32,000 nucleotides of DNA from positions 720,001 through 752,000 of the forward strand of contig NZ_CP045921.1 in the NCBI RefSeq assembly GCF_025273655.1, written 5' to 3'. This DNA is from Candidatus Saccharimonadota bacterium. Lineage in GTDB: Bacteria > Patescibacteriota > Saccharimonadia > Saccharimonadales > Saccharimonadaceae. Both the position numbers and the translations under genes were made by a program. The notes under the pieces are model-generated. The model was given only the letters and a program-made list of their open reading frames with translations. It searched no databases and was not told the origin of the DNA. Shown here one piece after another: positions 8,531-18,194 of this stretch (position 1 is the stretch's first letter; the number at the start of each line of letters is the position of its first letter).

Positions 8531-10110
8531 TATTTGGCATCCTCATCTTTCAGCGCAGCATAGACTCCATTCGTCCAACCGAAGCCATCTTGCAGTGGAT
8601 ACTCACCACCCCCGCCGACACGCGATTCATGCGCAACGTCGTATTTCTCAATCATCTTGTGCTTGGTAGAAAACACCAGCTCGGTACTATGGAGCCAGCG
8701 GCGCCGAATCTCATCTGCAAGCTTGTGATGCCCGTACTCGCGCAGCCCCTGTATCGCCACCCATTGGAGCGGTGCCCAACCGTTTGGCGAGTCCCACTGC
8801 TGGCCGTTGTCGACGAGTGTCGTTACTAGTCCACCATCTTTCAGGAAGTCACGCTCTAGGCGTTCGGCTACCGCTTTGGCTTGCTGAGTGGTCGCGATTT
8901 TGGCATAGAGCGGAAACACACCGGCTAGAGTGAGGCGTCCTGTGGGGTGTCCGGCACGAAAATCATAGTCACTAAAGAACTGCTGCTCTTCATCCCAGCA
9001 GTAACGCAAAATTGTCTGCGCGCGCTTGTCGGCAAACGCCTGAAACTTGCGTTTCAGCAGTGGCTGGCGAAGTAGCTGATACGTCTCAGCTATTAACATT
9101 TCCTGCTGATACAGTAGGCAGTTCAGATCTACTGGCACGATATCAGTGGTATGGATCGTCTCGATATCCTGCACATTACGAAACCAGCGCGAGCTAAAAT
9201 CCCAACCGCTCTCTGCACCGGCGCGCAGATCCAAAAACAATTTATCTTTATTTGCATTAGCTGAGCGCTCAGCCGTCTCTAGGTCTTCTCGAAGAGACTC
9301 GGGTCGCGGCGTCGCCTTGTTATCGTAATACCTATTGAGTATGACACCGTTTGGCATGCGCACTACACGCGCATACGCCTGATGATCAATATGTTCATTA
9401 ACTGAGCGGCGACCTTTCATCCAGAAGCGGTATTCAGCCACTAGTGCTGGCAAAAATTCTAGCTGCGTGCGAGTGCGACCACGATGCGTACCCAGCAGTT
9501 TTACCATATGTGAGAAAAAGGGCGGCTGCGATCGACTCAAAAAGTATGTACGATTCGCCGTAGGTATAAAGCCAAACTTTCGTATCATGTACTGGTAATT
9601 CTGCATCATACCGTGGATCAAGTCCCAGCGCCCGTCTGCAGCAAGACCCAACATGATGAAATACGTGTCCCAATAAAACTGCTCGCTGAAACGCCCTCCT
9701 GGCACCACATATTCATGTGGCAGCGCCAGTAGTGATCCTCGGTCTTTGCGATTGCGACGCTCAAGCTCTGTCCACAGACCCCGTACATGATCGCGCGGTG
9801 ACACGCTGGGTGAAAACGTATATTCTGGCTCACGGTCCGGCATAAATTCATAGAAATGCCGACTCACAAAATCACGTAAGTCGAAATTCGGATCTTTTTG
9901 CGCGAGGCGATATTCTTTTTTGATCTGGTTGGCACGTTTTCTTGGTATCAGATCGACAAATGTCTTGCCATCGTCGTACACTTGACGCGCCTGCACTTCG
10001 CGGAAAAAATCACCAAACGCCTCGTCCGGGCTCTTGGACGGAGAAAGCAACTGGCCCGTCGTTTTGACGAGCGCAGTTTTGAGCTTGTGTGACACAGTTT
10101 TTGCCGGCAT
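8530..10110 (-). CDS. GH37 trehalase, no signal peptide (cytoplasmic type)
   Basis: GH37 signatures PGGRFSEQFYWDTYF and QWDSPNGWAPLQ, plus ESGWDFSSRW. The stop overlaps the GH13 start (ATGA-type junction at 8530). Confidence 0.9.
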   Translation of the reverse strand: MPAKTVSHKLKTALVKTTGQLLSPSKSPDEAFGDFFREVQARQVYDDGKTFVDLIPRKRANQIKKEYRLAQKDPNFDLRDFVSRHFYEFMPDREPEYTFSPSVSPRDHVRGLWTELERRNRKDRGSLLALPHEYVVPGGRFSEQFYWDTYFIMLGLAADGRWDLIHGMMQNYQYMIRKFGFIPTANRTYFLSRSQPPFFSHMVKLLGTHRGRTRTQLEFLPALVAEYRFWMKGRRSVNEHIDHQAYARVVRMPNGVILNRYYDNKATPRPESLREDLETAERSANANKDKLFLDLRAGAESGWDFSSRWFRNVQDIETIHTTDIVPVDLNCLLYQQEMLIAETYQLLRQPLLKRKFQAFADKRAQTILRYCWDEEQQFFSDYDFRAGHPTGRLTLAGVFPLYAKIATTQQAKAVAERLERDFLKDGGLVTTLVDNGQQWDSPNGWAPLQWVAIQGLREYGHHKLADEIRRRWLHSTELVFSTKHKMIEKYDVAHESRVGGGGEYPLQDGFGWTNGVYAALKDEDAK

Positions 10111-10125
10111 ATACTACGTAGTATA
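10110..10125. promoter_or_regulatory. 16-bp perfect palindrome TATACTACGTAGTATA at the trehalase start
   Basis: Perfect dyad centred at 10117/10118. It overlaps the start codon and a TATACT -10-like box on the minus strand, so it is a candidate operator. Confidence 0.3.
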
Positions 10126-10156
10126 CCGCATGGTGCTTATGTTTGCGAGACCGGCA

Positions 10157-10957
10157 CTAGTGCGTGTGCTGCTCTGTCGCATCGTGTTCATGACCGCCGA
10201 TCATGTCGTGCGCAAGCGTTGTTGTCACCCCGACGAATAGCACCCCCAACAACAGTACCGCCGCCTGAATGTTGGCTGTACGCCGTTTGGGCTCCGCATG
10301 TATCGTCGGGATGATATCACTCGCTGCAATATAGATGAAGAACCCAGCCGTAATTGCAAGCAGAATCGGCTCCGAAATAGGCACACTACCGCCAAGTGCA
10401 TATACAAGCACTGCACCTACCACCGTCGCCAGCGCGCTCAGTAGATTTGCCAGTACGACATTGCGCTTTTTCATGCCTTTTGCGAGCAGCAGGCCAAAAT
10501 CGCCAATCTCCTGTGGAATCTCGTGCGCTGTAATGGCGATAGTGGTGATGATACCCGTCACCGGACTTACTAAGAACGACGCACCGATGGCCAAGCCGTC
10601 AATAAAATTGTGCAGTGTGTCGCCAATGACGATGAGTGACGAATTACGACGATAGCGCGGATTGGCATGCTCGTGCTCGTGGTGATGATGAAACCAACTG
10701 AGCGAACGCTCCAGCAGAAAAAACACCAGAAAAGACGTCAGCACCACAAGTGAAATTACATGTGTGTCACTACCCTCCATCGCCTCTGGCAGTAAATCGA
10801 CAAATGCCGCAGCGAGCAGTGCACCTGCCGCAAACGGTACCGACACGCGCTGCAACCTGTCGACGCCCCATTTGCCATACAGCAGGTACACACCACCTGC
10901 AAGGGATATGACACTACCGAAGATGGCAGCTATAAGCAAGAGAATCCATTCGTTCAT
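10157..10957 (-). CDS. ZIP-family divalent metal transporter (ZupT-like)
   Basis: HNFIDGLAIG and HEIPQEIGDF motifs, His-rich loop HHHHEHEH, 8 TM. Confidence 0.9.
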   Translation of the reverse strand: MNEWILLLIAAIFGSVISLAGGVYLLYGKWGVDRLQRVSVPFAAGALLAAAFVDLLPEAMEGSDTHVISLVVLTSFLVFFLLERSLSWFHHHHEHEHANPRYRRNSSLIVIGDTLHNFIDGLAIGASFLVSPVTGIITTIAITAHEIPQEIGDFGLLLAKGMKKRNVVLANLLSALATVVGAVLVYALGGSVPISEPILLAITAGFFIYIAASDIIPTIHAEPKRRTANIQAAVLLLGVLFVGVTTTLAHDMIGGHEHDATEQHTH

Positions 10958-11011
10958 ATACGTTCAGTATAGCGCGGAGCGACTTTGTTGCAAATTTGTC
11001 GCAAAAATTGC

Positions 11012-11449
11012 CTATTCTGCAGCCGTGACAACATGTGATCGGTCAACCGTCCATTTATAGACAAGTTGCTCAGCCATATTGATACTGTCGCGAAATTTCG
11101 CGGTATCGCGATATGCCACAGCCAGCACATCAACCCCTCTGGTAGCTGGTGGCGGCGTCTCGCAGTCTATTTCATACACGATCCACAGCAAATACGCGTG
11201 TCGCCAGGGGAGATATCGCGGCTCTAGACCTATTGGGCGAAAAGTGAAGTTACCCTCGTACGCTACTTCCTCCTTAAGCTCGCGCGCCAGCGCTTCGTGC
11301 TCTGTCTCGCCATGATCCATACCGCCACCAGGTAGCGACCATACCTCGGAGCCTTCTTGGACACACAGCACCTTTCCTCGCTCATTACGAATAACCGCCT
11401 TAAGAGATACGCGGTAAAACGCCTCCGGATACTTACTACTGCTTTTCAT
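11012..11449 (-). CDS. NUDIX hydrolase
   Basis: Nudix box GGGMDHGETEHEALARELKEEV. Confidence 0.85.
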   Translation of the reverse strand: MKSSSKYPEAFYRVSLKAVIRNERGKVLCVQEGSEVWSLPGGGMDHGETEHEALARELKEEVAYEGNFTFRPIGLEPRYLPWRHAYLLWIVYEIDCETPPPATRGVDVLAVAYRDTAKFRDSINMAEQLVYKWTVDRSHVVTAAE

Positions 11450-11462
11450 CTTTGTAACCCTT

Positions 11463-11500
11463 CTCCAAAAGAGAACTCTCGCTCTTTTGGAGCGAGAGTT
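11463..11500 (-). terminator. rho-independent terminator after typA (two overlapping alternative hairpins)
   Basis: On the minus strand, stem AACTCTCGCTC/GAGCGAGAGTT (11474-11484 / 11490-11500) is followed by CTCTTTT. An alternative stem is 11463-11473 / 11482-11492. Confidence 0.55.
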
Positions 11501-11548
11501 GGCATATCTATCTTTTTATTATAGCAAATTTTACGCTTTTTTGCAAAT

Positions 11549-13372
11549 TTACTTCTTGCTAGCGCGCTTGCGCTCGTTGGGATCGAGGTAGCGCTTGCGA
11601 AGGCGGAGGCTTTTCGGCGTAACTTCTAGTAATTCATCGTCTTCGATGAAGTCGATACACTGCTCAAGACTCAGGTCGGTGTAAGGTGTCAGCTGCACCA
11701 CACCATCACTCGAGCTTGAACGCATGTTGGTAAGATGCTTTGCCTTACAGACGTTAATCTCCATGTCTTCCGAGCGACGATTGAGACCGATGATCATACC
11801 AGGGTACACAGTAGTACCAGGACCGACATAGAGCTCACCACGCGCTTCAGCTGCTTGCAGGGCATATGGTGTCGTAGTACCAGCTTCGAACGAGATAAGT
11901 ACGCCGTTACGAGTTTGCGGCAGCTTGCCGCTCATAGGCTGGTAGCCATGCGGGAGGCTGTTCATGATGACGGTACCTTTTGTGGCGGTCAGTAGCAAGT
12001 TTCGTAGGCCGATTAGCGCACGTGTCGGGATAATGTAGGTCATACAAGCAGTACCACTGCTTGTCTGCTCCTGTCCACGCATTTCGGCGCGGCGGGCACC
12101 AAGCTCTTGGCTCACGGCACCGACGAATTCTGGCCCGACTTCGATTAGTAACTCTTCAACGGGCTCTTGCACTACGCCGTCGATTTCTGTCGTCACTACC
12201 TGTGGGCGACCAACTTCGAACTCGTAGCCTTCGCGGCGCATCGTCTCGATAAGGACCGACAGGTGTAGCTCACCACGACCAGATACAGTGAAACCAATAC
12301 CATTTTCTACCACACGTAAACTCACATTGGTCTCGAGCTCACGGTTTAGACGGTCACCGATTTGACGTGATGTGTTGAACTCGCCCTCTTTACCCTTGAG
12401 CGGGCTGGTGTTGGGACCGAGATACATACTAAGTGTTGGCGCTTCGATGTCGATAGTTGGCAATGCCTCTGGATTTTCTTTGTCGGCAATCGTGTCGCCG
12501 ATATGCGCGTCGGCAATACCAGTCAGTGCCACGATATCGCCTGCACCGGCCTGCTCTATTTCTTCACGGTTTAGACCACGATAGCCGAAAACTTTGTCGA
12601 TGCGACCGTTGATACGTACATCGTCGCGCTTCATAAGCGTCACGGCGAGACCTTTTTTGACCATACCGCGCGTGACACGACCGATCGCATATTTACCGAG
12701 GAACGAATCGTACTGCAGACTTGTGACCAGCAGCTGGAACGCGCCGCTCTCGTCGACCGTTGGCGCCGGGATATCGCTCACGATGGAATCAAAGATAGGT
12801 GACAGATCAGCATGCTCGCTTGGGTTGTCCGGCATTTCTTTCCAGGCTTTGCCGTCGCGGCCGATGGCATAATAGACTGGATAGTGCAGCTGATCATCGC
12901 TGATAGCGAGTTCAAGAAAGAGATCGGCTACCTCATCCAGCACTTCGTCGATACGACGCGATGGCTTATCAATTTTGTTGATAACCACTACAGGCTTGAG
13001 GCCAAGTTCGAGCGCTTTAGAGAGCACAAATTTGGTCTGTGGCATCGGGCCTTCCTGCGCATCTACGATGAGCAGTACACCATCGGCCATGTTGAGCGTG
13101 CGCTCTACTTCACCAGAAAAATCGGCATGCCCAGGTGTATCGATGATATTGATTTTGTAGTCGTCGTGGTAAATACTTGTCTGTTTGGCGGTAATGGTGA
13201 TACCGCGCTCATGCTCTTGGTCGCCCGAATCCATGATGAGTTCTTGGTTCATCTCGGCTTGGTTGTCGCGGAATGTGTTAGATTGTTTGAGTAGTCCATC
13301 CACCATGGTCGTCTTTCCGTGGTCAACGTGCGCAATAATGGCGATGTTGCGAATGTGTTGTGCGTCTTTCAT
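11549..13372 (-). CDS. typA: translational GTPase TypA/BipA
   Basis: [28 protein letters not shown], and EF-G-like domains. The 607-aa length is typical of BipA. Confidence 0.95.
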   Translation of the reverse strand: MKDAQHIRNIAIIAHVDHGKTTMVDGLLKQSNTFRDNQAEMNQELIMDSGDQEHERGITITAKQTSIYHDDYKINIIDTPGHADFSGEVERTLNMADGVLLIVDAQEGPMPQTKFVLSKALELGLKPVVVINKIDKPSRRIDEVLDEVADLFLELAISDDQLHYPVYYAIGRDGKAWKEMPDNPSEHADLSPIFDSIVSDIPAPTVDESGAFQLLVTSLQYDSFLGKYAIGRVTRGMVKKGLAVTLMKRDDVRINGRIDKVFGYRGLNREEIEQAGAGDIVALTGIADAHIGDTIADKENPEALPTIDIEAPTLSMYLGPNTSPLKGKEGEFNTSRQIGDRLNRELETNVSLRVVENGIGFTVSGRGELHLSVLIETMRREGYEFEVGRPQVVTTEIDGVVQEPVEELLIEVGPEFVGAVSQELGARRAEMRGQEQTSSGTACMTYIIPTRALIGLRNLLLTATKGTVIMNSLPHGYQPMSGKLPQTRNGVLISFEAGTTTPYALQAAEARGELYVGPGTTVYPGMIIGLNRRSEDMEINVCKAKHLTNMRSSSSDGVVQLTPYTDLSLEQCIDFIEDDELLEVTPKSLRLRKRYLDPNERKRASKK

Positions 13373-13450
13373 AAAATAATGCCCGTTTCTGACGAGCTCC
13401 TTTAGTGTTATTTTAACAGATTAGAAGTGGTTATGCAATTGCTCCGTACC

Positions 13451-13488
13451 ATAGAAAAATCCAGTCCGCGTGGACTGGATTTTTCTAT
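13451..13488 (-). terminator. 17-bp perfect hairpin terminator directly after tRNA-Val
   Basis: ATAGAAAAATCCAGTCC-gcgt-GGACTGGATTTTTCTAT. The GC core is flanked by A/T runs, so it could act bidirectionally. Confidence 0.6.
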
Positions 13489-13564
13489 GGTGGGCGCTGA
13501 GGGGCTCGAACCCCCGACCCCTTCGGTGTAAACGAAGTGCTCTAGCCAACTGAGCTAAGCGCCC
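13488..13564 (-). tRNA. tRNA-Val (anticodon TAC), CCA encoded
   Basis: The reverse complement folds as GGGCGCT-TA-GCTC-AGTTGGCTA-GAGC-A-CTTCG-TTTACAC-CGAAG-GGGTC-GGGGG-TTCGAGC-CCCTC-AGCGCCC-ACCA. Confidence 0.95.
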
Positions 13565-13607
13565 ACATCTCGGAATAGTATAGCTCATCTGTTAGAAATG
13601 TGCAAGA

Positions 13608-14324
13608 TCATTGACGCGGCGCATGGAAAAATGCCGGAACCTCAAGTGCCCCCATGCCTTTTTTGCTTTCGCCAGCACTTTGGTTGAGCTTAGTCACTAC
13701 GTTTTGTAATGACGCAAGTGATACGATCGTGGGGTTGCTTGAGATATTAATCTCATCTTCTTCTGGCACTTCGATCTGCGGCACTGGTACTATGACATTT
13801 GGCGTCAGCCTGTAATCATGCTCGTCATTGGCAGTTAATTTCTGGCCGCCCATCAGATGCTTCAACATCGTCAATAACCGCTGGTGATCTTCTTCATCAA
13901 ACAGTAGCTGCAAAGACACTGCATCCGGCGTCTTTCGGTCCACGTTATTTTGGCCATAAAGATATGTGGTGGCAAGGCCGTGCACTGCGATATCCTTGGT
14001 CCATAGACGTTTGCTATACGTTTGTACATCACTCAACCGTTCGCGCAAAGTGTGGTCGCCCGAATGCTGCTTATTTGAAGCCATGCCGTCGGGTAGAAAT
14101 GGAATCTCATAAGGAACCCGCGCATAGAAAAAACCGCCTTGACGGCGACGCATAAACTCATATGACCTATTCTGGAGCACCCGCCCCAGGACATTCGTAG
14201 ATAACTCTTCATTCAATCGAAACCGCACACTGCCATGCTCGTGCGATGCGGATGGCTTATGGGACCTCGGTAATGACTCAGCTGTCATACTTTTAGTATG
14301 AGACAGTATGGTTCGCACTGTCAA
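13608..14324 (-). CDS. hypothetical protein (238 aa)
   Basis: Long ORF with no motif I recognise. It is the first gene after tRNA-Val. Confidence 0.55.
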   Translation of the reverse strand: MTVRTILSHTKSMTAESLPRSHKPSASHEHGSVRFRLNEELSTNVLGRVLQNRSYEFMRRRQGGFFYARVPYEIPFLPDGMASNKQHSGDHTLRERLSDVQTYSKRLWTKDIAVHGLATTYLYGQNNVDRKTPDAVSLQLLFDEEDHQRLLTMLKHLMGGQKLTANDEHDYRLTPNVIVPVPQIEVPEEDEINISSNPTIVSLASLQNVVTKLNQSAGESKKGMGALEVPAFFHAPRQ

Positions 14325-14414
14325 TCATATTTTTGGCCAAACAAAAACACCGCTACAGGCGATGTTCTTATTTTGGTGCGCCACATCGACTTGTCATGGA
14401 ACACTCTAGAACCT

Positions 14415-14444
14415 AGTTTAGTTTTGATGCATCAAAAACTAACT
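14415..14444. promoter_or_regulatory. 30-bp imperfect palindrome centred on ATGCAT, candidate operator upstream of the PLD gene
   Basis: AGTTTAGTTTTGATG|CATCAAAAACTAACT, followed by TATATTATAAC -10-like sequence at 14458-14468. Confidence 0.35.
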
Positions 14445-14514
14445 GATCTAGGCTGGGTATATTATAACGGAGAAATCCATATTGTCGAGCCTGAAACAGA
14501 GGAGAGTAAGCACC

Positions 14515-14964
14515 ATGTTTAGTAAAAGCACTCTCTACGACCAGGACACGTTCTATAGGGCGTTTATGCGCGACCTGCTACACAGTAAAGACGAAGTGAT
14601 TATCGAGAGTCCGTTCATCACGGAAAAGCGCATGAGGACACTTCTACCTATCTTTGCTAAGCTACGCAGTCGTAATGTACGGATAGTCATAAACACTCGT
14701 AATCCAAACGAACATGACGGCGACTACTATTATCAAGCACTTAACGCTATCTACGAGCTGCAAGCGCTGGGCGTTACGGTGCTGTATACCGCCGGACATC
14801 ATCGCAAGTTAGCAATACTTGACCGCAAGGTAGTGTATGAGGGCAGCCTCAACATATTATCGTTTAATGATAGTTGTGAGATAATGAGGAAAATAGCATC
14901 GGAGAAAGCGGCTAAACAGCTATGCGCGTTTATCGCTATCGACCGATATGCGAGGAGTAAATAA
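14515..14964 (+). CDS. single-HKD phospholipase-D-family nuclease (Nuc-like)
   Basis: HKD motif GHHRKLAILDRKVVYEGSLNILS (HxK..D..GSxN). ATG 14515 is preceded by GAGGAGAG, whereas the track start at 14482 is TTG. No signal peptide. Confidence 0.8.
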   Translation: MFSKSTLYDQDTFYRAFMRDLLHSKDEVIIESPFITEKRMRTLLPIFAKLRSRNVRIVINTRNPNEHDGDYYYQALNAIYELQALGVTVLYTAGHHRKLAILDRKVVYEGSLNILSFNDSCEIMRKIASEKAAKQLCAFIAIDRYARSK

Positions 14965-14965
14965 A

Positions 14966-15181
14966 ATGACAGATTTCAAAGAATACGAAGCAAGCCAAGA
15001 AGATATTGATAAGGTCGTTGCCTACTTGAAGACAATCGACCCCGAACACGCCACACCTCAAGATGCTATCGACTTCTTGACGCAGTATCAAGAGAAGTTT
15101 CATCAGCTCGGCACGGTATTGACTGACGATGAAATGAGGCAGCTATACGACGAGTTTGCCGAGTCTCGTAACAACAGCTAA
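14966..15181 (+). CDS. small acidic hypothetical protein (71 aa)
   Basis: ATG 14966 lies 1 nt after the PLD stop and is preceded by GAGGAG. The protein is D/E-rich (MTDFKEYEASQEDIDK..). Confidence 0.6.
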   Translation: MTDFKEYEASQEDIDKVVAYLKTIDPEHATPQDAIDFLTQYQEKFHQLGTVLTDDEMRQLYDEFAESRNNS

Positions 15182-15753
15182 AGTTCGTCAATCATTGGTT
15201 CACTTGTAGGCTGGGGCTTTGGTTTAGCCCCTCCTTTTTTGTTCTTTTCTGCCTTTGGCTTGCTGGCCTTTGGCTGCTCTTGTTCTTGCTCTATCACTTC
15301 TTGCTTTTTTGCAAACACCGACCGCGAGTGCTCAACGATAGCAGTGCGTGTCTTGATATCGCCATCGTCCGAGAGTAGTAAGGTCTGTCCCGATAGTGGT
15401 TCTTGGGCTTTGACGGCCGACAACTTGGCATAAAAGTTAAATGCTGGCAGATTGCTTATTTCACCCTGTTCAATGTAGGGACTAAATAGCGGCAATAGTA
15501 CCCTCTCATCTTGTGGGTTGCCTGTCCTGAAAGTAATGACCGTACCGACGTTTGCCATGATGATACTGACCATTTGTTGATCGCTCTGCTGCGAGGTGGA
15601 CTGTTCGGCCATCGTCAAAAATAATTTATATTTACGAGCCTCGGATAGCATTTGCACAAAGCTTGTCGTCGCAAAGTTCTGGAACTCGTCAACATAGAGG
15701 TAGAAAGGGCGACGCTTCGACTGTTCCAGCCGAGCGCGTCGCATACTGTACAA
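15178..15753 (-). pseudogene. C-terminal remnant of a VirD4/TraG/TraD-type type IV coupling protein
   Basis: The ORF starts inside the Walker B region (RPFYLYVDEFQNF) and continues with LTMAEQS. A TGA lies in frame two codons upstream of the TTG start, so the N-terminal roughly 400 aa, including Walker A and the TM segments, are missing. Confidence 0.7.
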
Positions 15754-15809
15754 GACCCTTCAAAGTAATGTAGCACATAAAACATCAGATGGTCAATATC
15801 CCAACCCCT

Positions 15810-16217
15810 CTACTTTGCAAGAGTTCCTAGCTTCAGTTGGTCAAGTTGCTCTTGAGCCGCTTGACTGTGTGGTGTACCCGAACCAATAGACTGTCCATCC
15901 TTCGTTGTACGTGAAGTAAATAGAGTCGTTGCGTCTGTGCCGCAGGCTCGAAGTACTTCATCACCTCCAGGATGGCGATTTATGAAATCGGTAAGTTCAT
16001 AAACCTGTCCCGAGATAATCGTCCAACAATCGGTTCTTGAGTTATGAGAAGCTACTTCATTTAAAGTAAACGTTTTTGCTTGCTGTTCGGTGGAGGTATT
16101 GTTAGGTACTCCAGAGTTCTTATTATTCTGTCTATCGATAAGCACCCATAAACCAAATCCTATCAAAACCAATAGGATCAGTGTGGTCGCCGAGAATATA
16201 GCTATACTTTTCTTCAT
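15810..16217 (-). CDS. membrane-anchored cytochrome b5-like haem-binding protein
   Basis: N-terminal TM, then the cytochrome b5 domain CWTIISGQVYELTDFINRHPGGDEVL (HPGG motif). Confidence 0.8.
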   Translation of the reverse strand: MKKSIAIFSATTLILLVLIGFGLWVLIDRQNNKNSGVPNNTSTEQQAKTFTLNEVASHNSRTDCWTIISGQVYELTDFINRHPGGDEVLRACGTDATTLFTSRTTKDGQSIGSGTPHSQAAQEQLDQLKLGTLAK

Positions 16218-16254
16218 AACGAAGTATGTCCTTTCTCCAGTATAATGAAACTAG

Positions 16255-16881
16255 ATGCATTACTTTTTTAACCGTTACCGTGCATGGATTTTGTTTGTCT
16301 TTGTATCTGCCATAAGTATTATACTCTGGCTCATAACATTATCGGGCAGTGTCAGGTCAATGTACCAATTTTTTCCTATACTTGGGGTGCTAGCATGGAC
16401 AACAATGTGGGTTCACTACGTTGCAAGTTCTATCGGTAAGCCTGCTAATAGCAAGCGATTCGCAACGTGGACTGGACATATAGTTCTATTGTTCATAGTG
16501 ATACATCCCAGTATTTTTTTGGTGCAACGCTTCCTCGATACCGGCTTACTGCCTCCAGAAAGCTATATCAGTTACGTTGGCTCGTATCGTGCGTGGGCAG
16601 TGGTGATTGCGATAGCCGCACTGGTAACATTTTTGCTCTATGATGTCTTAAAACATTTTCGTAGCAAACTCATTGCTCGTGGCATATGGCCGTATGTCGG
16701 TCTACTTCAAGCCTGTGCTATGGCGGCGATTTTCATACATGGCCTAACGCTTGGGACAAGTATGATCAGCGACTACTTCATGACGTGGTGGATATTCTTA
16801 GGCGTGTTGCTTGTTCCATGTCTTGTAGTACAGGTCGTTCGTGATTTTAAAGTATCCGATCGAACAAAAACAGAAGTTTAA
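16255..16881 (+). CDS. 6-TM membrane protein with intramembrane histidines (possible b-type haem / ferric-reductase-like)
   Basis: Six hydrophobic segments, with His in TM2 (H54), TM3 (H75, H84) and TM5 (H162). TATAAT at 16241-16246 lies 8 nt upstream of the ATG. Confidence 0.7.
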   Translation: MHYFFNRYRAWILFVFVSAISIILWLITLSGSVRSMYQFFPILGVLAWTTMWVHYVASSIGKPANSKRFATWTGHIVLLFIVIHPSIFLVQRFLDTGLLPPESYISYVGSYRAWAVVIAIAALVTFLLYDVLKHFRSKLIARGIWPYVGLLQACAMAAIFIHGLTLGTSMISDYFMTWWIFLGVLLVPCLVVQVVRDFKVSDRTKTEV

Positions 16882-17531
16882 TAACCCCAGTCTTTTTGCC
16901 ACTGCTTCATCTGCTCGATTTCTTTTGTCTGCGCGCTAATAACGGCACTGGCGAGGTCTTTTATCTCTTGGTGTTTTGCATTGGTCGCGGCGTATTGAGA
17001 CATTTCAACTGCTTGCTCATGATGAAGAATCATTTGCTTCAGGAACTCTTTGTCGTATGCCTCACCTTTTAAGCCTTGTAATTTATTTTGCATCTCTACC
17101 ATATCTCCGCCCATGTCCATACCAGCACCGCCATGGCTACCATGACCACCACTCATCGTTTCTTTATAGCCCCATGATTTTTGCCATGTTCGCATTTGCA
17201 TGATCTCCGCGCTTTGACTCTGCACGATATTGCTCGCGAGTGTGCGAATCTCATCCTGAGCAGTGACTGCCATTGCTTGTTCTGACATATTCAGAGCACC
17301 TTCGTGGTGAGCCAGCATGTCGGCAATGTACGCCTCATCAAATGCATCTCCCTTTAAGTTTGCATATTTATTATCGCTTGCGGGTTCTTGTTTCTTTTCT
17401 TCTGTTGCTGTGTTGCTTGTCTGTATTGCTTCCTCTGGCACTGGTTTTACGGAAAAAACCACAAAATACCAAACGGCAGCTGCGGCAATCGCAAGTACGA
17501 CAATCACAGTGATAAATATTTTATTCTTCAT
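16878..17531 (-). CDS. DUF305 protein (two repeats), N-terminal membrane anchor
   Basis: MLAHHEGALNM and MILHHEQAVEM motifs, with a C-terminal QMKQWQKDWGY. Confidence 0.85.
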   Translation of the reverse strand: MKNKIFITVIVVLAIAAAAVWYFVVFSVKPVPEEAIQTSNTATEEKKQEPASDNKYANLKGDAFDEAYIADMLAHHEGALNMSEQAMAVTAQDEIRTLASNIVQSQSAEIMQMRTWQKSWGYKETMSGGHGSHGGAGMDMGGDMVEMQNKLQGLKGEAYDKEFLKQMILHHEQAVEMSQYAATNAKHQEIKDLASAVISAQTKEIEQMKQWQKDWGY

Positions 17532-17541
17532 ATAACCTCAT

Positions 17542-18177
17542 CTAATTTCCTTTAGCTTGTAATTGTTTCATTGTCTGCATTTCCTCGGTTTGTTTTTTCA
17601 CGGTCTTGTTCTTGAGATTTATCATCTGACCAAACTGCATGCCCTTTAAATACTCTGCGTTTGATATTTCATTTGCACCCTCATGATGGGCAATCATCAA
17701 GCGCAAGAATAGCTTATCTACCGAACTGCCTGTAGCAGATTCAAGTTCACGCAGATCACTGAGGCTTGCCATCCCAGGAAGAGTCGGGTACATATCGTGG
17801 CCTTCCATCTCAGGAAAATCAGACAGATTGAAATATGTCTCTTTCCACTCGGTAAGCCAGTTAATGTACTGTTTGGTGTCACTCGTTAGCTCATCGCTGA
17901 TACGTACCGCCAGTTGGCGAACTTTGTCGTCGCTCGCATTTTTCTTCGCGATGTCCGCCATCTGGATACCCTGCTGATTATGGACGATCATTTTCTTCGC
18001 AAAATCAGTATCCATGTAGTTATGCTCGTTTGGGTTAGCCGGTTTCTCACTTTTACTTGCTGACGGCATCGGCTTACTTTCTGGAGCGGAAGCTGACTGG
18101 TTTTGTGAAAACCACCAGCCTATTGCTGCTGCTCCGACTGCGAGCACAATAATCGTTCCTACAACTATCTTTCGCAT
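17542..18177 (-). CDS. DUF305 protein, divergent first motif
   Basis: MIVHNQQGIQM and MIAHHEGANEI, plus an N-terminal TM anchor. Confidence 0.8.
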   Translation of the reverse strand: MRKIVVGTIIVLAVGAAAIGWWFSQNQSASAPESKPMPSASKSEKPANPNEHNYMDTDFAKKMIVHNQQGIQMADIAKKNASDDKVRQLAVRISDELTSDTKQYINWLTEWKETYFNLSDFPEMEGHDMYPTLPGMASLSDLRELESATGSSVDKLFLRLMIAHHEGANEISNAEYLKGMQFGQMINLKNKTVKKQTEEMQTMKQLQAKGN

Positions 18178-18194
18178 ATTTTTACCTCCTTGGC

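Noticed and set aside
12812-13294. 160-aa + strand ORF inside typA
   Set aside because: It is antisense to a highly conserved GTPase gene and has no motifs.
14298-14522. 74-aa ORF across the intergenic region upstream of the PLD gene
   Set aside because: It covers the divergent promoter and palindrome region, has no SD, and overlaps both neighbouring gene starts.
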